Shown here piece by piece: positions 58,811-64,000 of a DNA stretch of 64,000 bases; positions within the stretch are counted from its first letter, which is position 1, and every line of letters begins with the position of its first letter. Origin of the DNA: an uncultured Bacillota bacterium. GTDB lineage: Bacteria > Sysuimicrobiota > Sysuimicrobiia > Sysuimicrobiales > Segetimicrobiaceae. The DNA lies in the NCBI GenBank assembly GCA_963804645.1, contig CAWDRG010000009.1, forward strand, positions 352,001 to 416,000, in the 5' to 3' direction. The notes under the pieces are model-generated. The model ran no database searches. It was not told the DNA's origin and worked only from the letters and a program-made list of their open reading frames with translations. The translations under genes were made by a program, and so were the position numbers.

Positions 58811-60328
58811 ATGAGCGTGCTCGACAACCCCGAGATCGCCCGCAACATCCGGTCGCAGCTGCGCTGGGACCGAATGTTCGCCGTGGCGACCGTCGCCGTC
58901 GTCATGTCGGTCGTCGTGGGCTCCGCGATGGCCCATTTCGGACTGCGGGCGGGCGTGGGATGGGGCGGCGAGTTCCTGCACGCCGTCCTGTACGTGCAGA
59001 CGCTCGTCCTGCTGCTGGCCGGCGGCCTCTCCGCGGCGCATGCGATCCAGCACGAGCGGGAGCGCAACACGTTCGATTTCCAGCGCACGACGCTGCTCAC
59101 GCCGCTCGAGCTGACGGCGGGCAAACTGTTCGGCGCACCGATCCTTTCCTACTACATCGCCCTGTGCTTGATGCCCGCGGCGATCGTCGGGGCGATCGTC
59201 AGCGGCGCGTCCCCGGCCTTCGTCGTCGCCGCCTACCTCGTCGTCGTACTGGGCACAATCGCGTTTCACGCCGCGATGCTCGTGGTGTCGCTGGTGGTGC
59301 GCCGCGACGTCGCCGCGACGATCGCGGTGCTCGTCATCGTGTTCTTCGGCAGGCTGCCCGGCGCATTCATGGCGGGCACCGTCTCTTCGCTGCTGTCCAT
59401 GGGCTCGCTCACGCCCTTCTTCGCCGGCACCCTCGTGGGGCAGACCAGCTGGGCAGTCGACACGGCGGGCGCGGCATTTCGCTTTTCGCCGTTCACGGGA
59501 CCGACGACGACGGACGTGCTGTTCGGCTGGCCGGTGCATCATTTCTTCGTCCTCGTCGTCCTCTACGTCACGTTCACGGCGTGGTGCCTGGTCGTGGTCT
59601 CGCGGAACATCAAGCGCGACCCCGCCGCGTACGAACTGCTGACGCCGCGCGAAGCCCTCGGGTTCACGGTCTACCTCAACGTCATCCTGGTCGGCTTCCT
59701 CCGGTGGTCCTCCACCGAGGCGCTGACGGCGGTGAGCGCGCTCGTGGGCGTCAACGTGGTCCTGTTCTTCTCGTGCGGCTTGGCGCTGCTGCGCGGCCGC
59801 GACTACGTCCGCCGGCTGAGCGCGCGCCCGGGCGCCGGGCTGCCGCCGGGATGGCCGGGACTGTATCTCGGCGCCGGCCTGCTCGTGACCGGGGTGCTGA
59901 TCGTGGCCGTGCTGTCCGCGCGCGGTGCGTGGACCGCCCCGTCGGACGCCGGGTTGGCGATCCTTCGCGTCGTGATCTGCGCCGCGTGGATCGCCCGCGA
60001 CCTCGCCTACCTCCAGTGGGTGTGCCTGCTGCAGCGCAGCCGCTCGGTCATGACCGGCCTGCTGTCGCTGACCGTGTTCTACGTGGGGACCGGCGTGATC
60101 CTAATGACTGATCGATTCGGGCAGCCGCACGGCTCCGCGCTCTTGGGCGCGCTGGTGCCCGGGGCCGTCCTGTTCACGGACCCGGGCACGTGGCGCGACG
60201 ACCTGTGGAGCTGGCTGCTCGTCTGCGTGCTGCAGCTGGCGTTGATCGCCGCGTTCGCGTTCCTCCAGACGCAGGCCCTCAAGCGCTTCGCGCCCGCGAC
60301 CGGCACGGCCCCGTCGGCCTCACCCTGA
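58811..60328 (+). CDS. ABC-2-type membrane permease
   Basis: DNPEIAR, ERERNTFD, GKLFG; many TM helices; follows the ATPase. Confidence 0.75.
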   Translation: MSVLDNPEIARNIRSQLRWDRMFAVATVAVVMSVVVGSAMAHFGLRAGVGWGGEFLHAVLYVQTLVLLLAGGLSAAHAIQHERERNTFDFQRTTLLTPLELTAGKLFGAPILSYYIALCLMPAAIVGAIVSGASPAFVVAAYLVVVLGTIAFHAAMLVVSLVVRRDVAATIAVLVIVFFGRLPGAFMAGTVSSLLSMGSLTPFFAGTLVGQTSWAVDTAGAAFRFSPFTGPTTTDVLFGWPVHHFFVLVVLYVTFTAWCLVVVSRNIKRDPAAYELLTPREALGFTVYLNVILVGFLRWSSTEALTAVSALVGVNVVLFFSCGLALLRGRDYVRRLSARPGAGLPPGWPGLYLGAGLLVTGVLIVAVLSARGAWTAPSDAGLAILRVVICAAWIARDLAYLQWVCLLQRSRSVMTGLLSLTVFYVGTGVILMTDRFGQPHGSALLGALVPGAVLFTDPGTWRDDLWSWLLVCVLQLALIAAFAFLQTQALKRFAPATGTAPSASP

Positions 60329-60492
60329 TCGGCGCCCGTCCCGCTCCTCCGGTCACCGGCCACATGGCGGAGCGGCGCGCGCCGCATCCCACGGCACGGG
60401 CGTGGTCGCAGGGAAGCGGCGCCGGCGGCGGCGAAGAGGCACGCCGGCGGGAACACGAGCCGCCGCTCCGGCCAGGCGCAGGGAGGACGATC

Positions 60493-61068
60493 GTGCCGCG
60501 AACCGACAACATCTACGAACTGCCGACGGACCTGCCGGTCCCCGTGGACGACGGGGCGTGCGCCCATCTCACGGGACTGGTGCTGCCGTCGATTCCGCTG
60601 CCGTCGACGGCGGGGCGCCTGGTCGACCTGGCGGCCCTGCGGGGCCGGACTATCGTCTACGCGTATCCCCGGACCGGCCGGCCCGATCGGGAGATCCCGA
60701 AGGGGTGGGACCAGATCCCCGGGGCGCGGGGATGCACCCCGGAGTCGTGCGGATTCCGCGACCTGCACGCGGCGTTTCGGGCACGCGGCGCGGCGGTGTA
60801 CGGCCTGAGCACGCAGTCGACCGAGTACCAGCGGGAAGCCGTGGCCCGGCTCCGTCTTCCGTTCGAGCTGCTGAGCGACGAGCGGCTCGCCTTGACGAAC
60901 GCGCTCAGGCTGCCGACGTTCGTGGTCGAGTCGATGATCCTGATCAAGCGGCTGACGCTGGCGGTGCGCGACGGCCGGATCGAGAAGGTCTTCTATCCCA
61001 TCTTCCCGCCCGACGCGCACGCGGCGGAGGTCGAGCGCTGGCTCACGGCCGCCGGCGCGGCATCCTAG
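60493..61068 (+). CDS. Peroxiredoxin (BCP-like)
   Basis: YPRTG, PGARGCTPESC, GLSTQ, FYPIFPP. Confidence 0.88.
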   Translation: MPRTDNIYELPTDLPVPVDDGACAHLTGLVLPSIPLPSTAGRLVDLAALRGRTIVYAYPRTGRPDREIPKGWDQIPGARGCTPESCGFRDLHAAFRARGAAVYGLSTQSTEYQREAVARLRLPFELLSDERLALTNALRLPTFVVESMILIKRLTLAVRDGRIEKVFYPIFPPDAHAAEVERWLTAAGAAS

Positions 61069-61082
61069 ACGCGCGGCGCCCC

Positions 61083-62111
61083 TTAGGCCTGGCGGGCCGT
61101 GAGGCCGAAGACCTCGGCGAGCAGTTCGTGAGACCGGAGGCGCGCCCGGTGGTCGTGCACGACGGTGACGACCATGAGCTCCTCGACCTCGAGCGCCCGC
61201 GCCATCTCGGTGAGCTGCGCGTGGACCCGCTCGGGCGCTCCCACGACGACGCGCGGCCACTCGCCGCCGTCCTCCTCGAGCAGAGGCACCCGGAGTTCAC
61301 CGAGCCTCGCCAACGCCTCTTCGGGGGTCGGAATGGGTCCGCGGTCTCCCGTCTGCCGCAGCAGCCGCCGCAGACGAAGGCTCGCGTGCAGCCGCTGGGC
61401 CTCCGCGTCGGTGTCGGCGCAGATGACGCCGAGCGCCAGAATCATCTGCCCCGCCAGCGACTGTGGATCGGCGGTCACGTGTGTGCGGTAGTACTCGAGC
61501 GACGACCGGGTCGCGTCGGAGTTGATGAAGTGCGCGAACGCGTAGGGCAGCCCGAGTTCGGCCGCGGCGTGCGCGCTCCACGCGCTGGAGCCGAGGAGCC
61601 ACACCGGCGGCGCGCCCGGCATCTGAGGCGTGACCAAAATCTGCCGGAACGGATGGTCCGCGGGAAAGGTCCCGCGGAGGAACGCCAGCAACTCCACCAG
61701 CTGGTCGGGAAAATCGTCCGGCATCTGCCGCTGACGGTCGCGCAGCAGCGCGTAGGCCTCGAGCGGACCGCTGCCGGGCGCGCGTCCGATCCCCAGATCG
61801 ATCCGATCGGGGTACAGCGCGTGCAGCACGCGGAACGTCTCCGCGACCTTGAGCGGACTGTAGTGGGGCAGCAGCACGGCGCCCGAGCCGACGCGGATCG
61901 CGGAGGTCTCCGACGCGACCCGGTCGATGAGGATCTCCGGCGCCGGGCTCGCAAACGCGGGCGTGGCGTGATGCTCCGCGATCCAGTACCGCGTGTAGCC
62001 GAGCCGGTCGGCCGCGCGGGCGAGATCGATCGTATTGTGCAGCGCGTCGGCGGGCGTCGCGCCCGCGGGGACCGGGGATTGATCGACGATCGAGAGCCTC
62101 ACCGGGGGCAT
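61083..62111 (-). CDS. LLM class flavin-dependent oxidoreductase
   Basis: SIVDQSP, YWIAEHH, GSGAVLLPHYSP, GIGRAPG. Confidence 0.9.
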   Translation of the reverse strand: MPPVRLSIVDQSPVPAGATPADALHNTIDLARAADRLGYTRYWIAEHHATPAFASPAPEILIDRVASETSAIRVGSGAVLLPHYSPLKVAETFRVLHALYPDRIDLGIGRAPGSGPLEAYALLRDRQRQMPDDFPDQLVELLAFLRGTFPADHPFRQILVTPQMPGAPPVWLLGSSAWSAHAAAELGLPYAFAHFINSDATRSSLEYYRTHVTADPQSLAGQMILALGVICADTDAEAQRLHASLRLRRLLRQTGDRGPIPTPEEALARLGELRVPLLEEDGGEWPRVVVGAPERVHAQLTEMARALEVEELMVVTVVHDHRARLRSHELLAEVFGLTARQA

Positions 62112-62188
62112 GCCTCCCTTCCACCACTGAGTAGATTCTTTCGGGACCGCGCCAATCCCCTGGCGGGAAACAGAGGAGTGATGCCGGT

Positions 62189-63094
62189 ATGACGGTGACG
62201 TCCGCGATCGGCCCGATCGGGATCTGGACGGCGCAGCTCGACACGCAGCCCTCGCGTCTCGCGCAGGCCGCGGTCCGCGACCTCGAGACCCTCGGCTACG
62301 GAGCGGTCTGGTTCCCCGAATCGTTTGGGCGCGAAGCCTTCACGAACGCCGGCCTGCTGCTCGCGGGCAGCCGGCGCATCGTGGCGGCCACCGGGATCGC
62401 CAGCCTCTACGCCCGCGACGCGGTCGCGATGGCAAACGGACAGCGCACCCTGTGCGAGGCGTACCCGGAGCGCTTTCTCTTGGGGATCGGCGTGAGCCAC
62501 GCGCCGGCGGTCGAGCAGATGCGCGGCCACCGCTACGACTCTCCGGTGGCCGCCATGCGGGCATATCTCGACGCCATGGATCGCGCCCCGTTCCGCGCGG
62601 TGGCTCCCCGCACCGCGCCCGAGCGGGTGCTCGCCGCGCTCGGGCCGCGAATGCTGGCCCTGTCCGCGGAGCGCAGCGGCGGCGCCCACACGTACTTCGT
62701 GCCTCCGGAGCACACCGCCCGGGCGCGGGAAATCCTGGGCCCGGGACGGCTGCTCGCGGTGGAGCAGGCCGTGGTCCTGGAGCGGGACGCCGCCACGGCG
62801 CGGGAGATCGCGCGGACGCACACGTCCGGCTACCTCAAGCTCGTCAACTACACAAGCAATCTGCGCCGCCTCGGGTTCGACGAGGCCGACCTGGCCGGCG
62901 GCGGCAGCGACCGCCTGGTCGACGCGATCGTCGGCTGGGGCGCCCTCGACGCCGTGGTGGGCCGGGTGCGTGCCCACCAGGCAGCCGGCGCCGACCACGT
63001 GTGCATCCAGGTCCTGACGGCGGACCGACAGGACCTCCCGACCGCGGCGTGGCGCGAGCTGGCCGGCGCGCTCCTCCCGCCCTCCGCCGCCTAA
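62189..63094 (+). CDS. LLM class oxidoreductase, probably F420-dependent
   Basis: ATGIAS, LGIGVSHAP, AALGPRML, AGADHVCIQ. Confidence 0.85.
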   Translation: MTVTSAIGPIGIWTAQLDTQPSRLAQAAVRDLETLGYGAVWFPESFGREAFTNAGLLLAGSRRIVAATGIASLYARDAVAMANGQRTLCEAYPERFLLGIGVSHAPAVEQMRGHRYDSPVAAMRAYLDAMDRAPFRAVAPRTAPERVLAALGPRMLALSAERSGGAHTYFVPPEHTARAREILGPGRLLAVEQAVVLERDAATAREIARTHTSGYLKLVNYTSNLRRLGFDEADLAGGGSDRLVDAIVGWGALDAVVGRVRAHQAAGADHVCIQVLTADRQDLPTAAWRELAGALLPPSAA

Positions 63095-63198
63095 TCCCGC
63101 GCGCGCGGCGCGCATAGGAACCGCTTGGCGCACGCAGAAGATGGTGCGTACTCGGTCCTGCATATCCGCGCGGCCGCCGCGCCGGCAAAGGAGTCGAC

Positions 63199-63591
63199 AT
63201 GAGGATCAACCGAGGCAGGGAGAAGGGAACCCGCTCCAAGCGCCGGTCAGGGACGTTCACCGGCACGGTCTGGGGCGACGAGGTGCTCACCGACCCGAAC
63301 GGCAAGGTCACGGTCGGCAGCGTCTTTTTCGAGCCCGGCGCCCGGACCTACTGGCACCGCCACACCGAAGGACAAGTGCTCTACGTCACCCACGGCCAGG
63401 GCCGCGTCCGCTCCCGCGACGGCAGCGGCGGCACGATCGCGGCGGGCGACGTGGTCCACATCGCGCCCGGCGAGGAGCACTGGCACGGCGCCGGGCCGGA
63501 CAGCTTCATGCTCCACCACGCGATCACGATCGGGAAGAGCGACTGGCTGACGGAAGTCAGCGACGAGGAGTACAACAAAGCGTTCACGTAA
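63199..63591 (+). CDS. Cupin domain protein
   Basis: FEPGARTYWHRH..GQ, EEHWHGA. Confidence 0.9.
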   Translation: MRINRGREKGTRSKRRSGTFTGTVWGDEVLTDPNGKVTVGSVFFEPGARTYWHRHTEGQVLYVTHGQGRVRSRDGSGGTIAAGDVVHIAPGEEHWHGAGPDSFMLHHAITIGKSDWLTEVSDEEYNKAFT

Positions 63592-63687
63592 CCGCCGGGC
63601 TCCGCCGAGAGCCTTCGCGCGGCATCCTCGGGCCCGACGCGCGATGCCGCGGTGACCCGGACAACTGCGCGATCGCGGGGCCAACCG

Positions 63688-64000
63688 ATGACGGACCGCC
63701 GCCGGACCGATCCCCACGTCGAGACCAATCGCACCACGTGGGATGCGTGGGCAGCGCTGCATGTGGGATCCTCGTTCTACGACGTCGAGGGGTTCAAGGC
63801 CGGGCGCCGCAGCCGCGACGGCCTCGACGCGCTGGAGGTGCGCCTCCTCGGCGACGTCTCGGGCAAGTCGCTCCTCCACCTCCAATGCCACATCGGACTC
63901 GACACGATCGCCTGGGCCCGGCGCGGGGCGGCCGCGACCGGCGTGGACTTCTCCCCGCAGGCGATCGCGGCCGCGCGGGCGCTCGCCGCCGAGCTCGGGG
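63688..64000 (+). CDS. Class I SAM-dependent methyltransferase, 3' truncated by window edge
   Basis: Read from the DNA: NRTTWD..LHVGSSFYDV...GDVSGKSLLHLQCHIGLDT...GVDFS. Confidence 0.85.
   Translation, partial: MTDRRRTDPHVETNRTTWDAWAALHVGSSFYDVEGFKAGRRSRDGLDALEVRLLGDVSGKSLLHLQCHIGLDTIAWARRGAAATGVDFSPQAIAAARALAAELG

Overview
High-GC bacterial chromosome window. The gene order resembles the Firmicutes/Thermus type; the taxon cannot be determined from the sequence. Left part (1-20.9 kb) is core genome: dnaK-grpE-dnaJ(frameshifted)-clpB, a fused membrane/spermidine-synthase gene, DUF951, a 5xGAF-GGDEF cyclase, ychF, an intact IS256-family element, and rpsF-ssb-rpsR-yybS-rplI-dnaB. dnaB carries a LAGLIDADG intein, and has a Gram-positive-type SOS box and DnaA-box-like motifs upstream. 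The most notable feature starts 24 bp after the dnaB stop codon. It is a tandem array (20894-~27845) of single-gene cassettes (arylsulfatase; beta-propeller repeat protein; TMTC-like TPR membrane protein). The cassettes are bounded by a family of asymmetric ends TGTAGGAT...ATCCTACA containing several fixed-spaced TTGCYAAGATA sites. The array includes an 82-bp empty copy and progressively decayed ends further from dnaB. No transposase or recombinase for it is in the window, and no target-site duplications are visible. It looks like a non-autonomous, site-specific gene-capture platform (Tn7-like end layout) using the dnaB 3' end as its attachment site. The right part (28-64 kb) is metabolic: hydrolases, four LLM oxidoreductases, a sulfatase-fold protein with Thr at the nucleophile position, ABC components and an Lhr helicase. 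All calls are from reading motifs by eye; no database searches were run.
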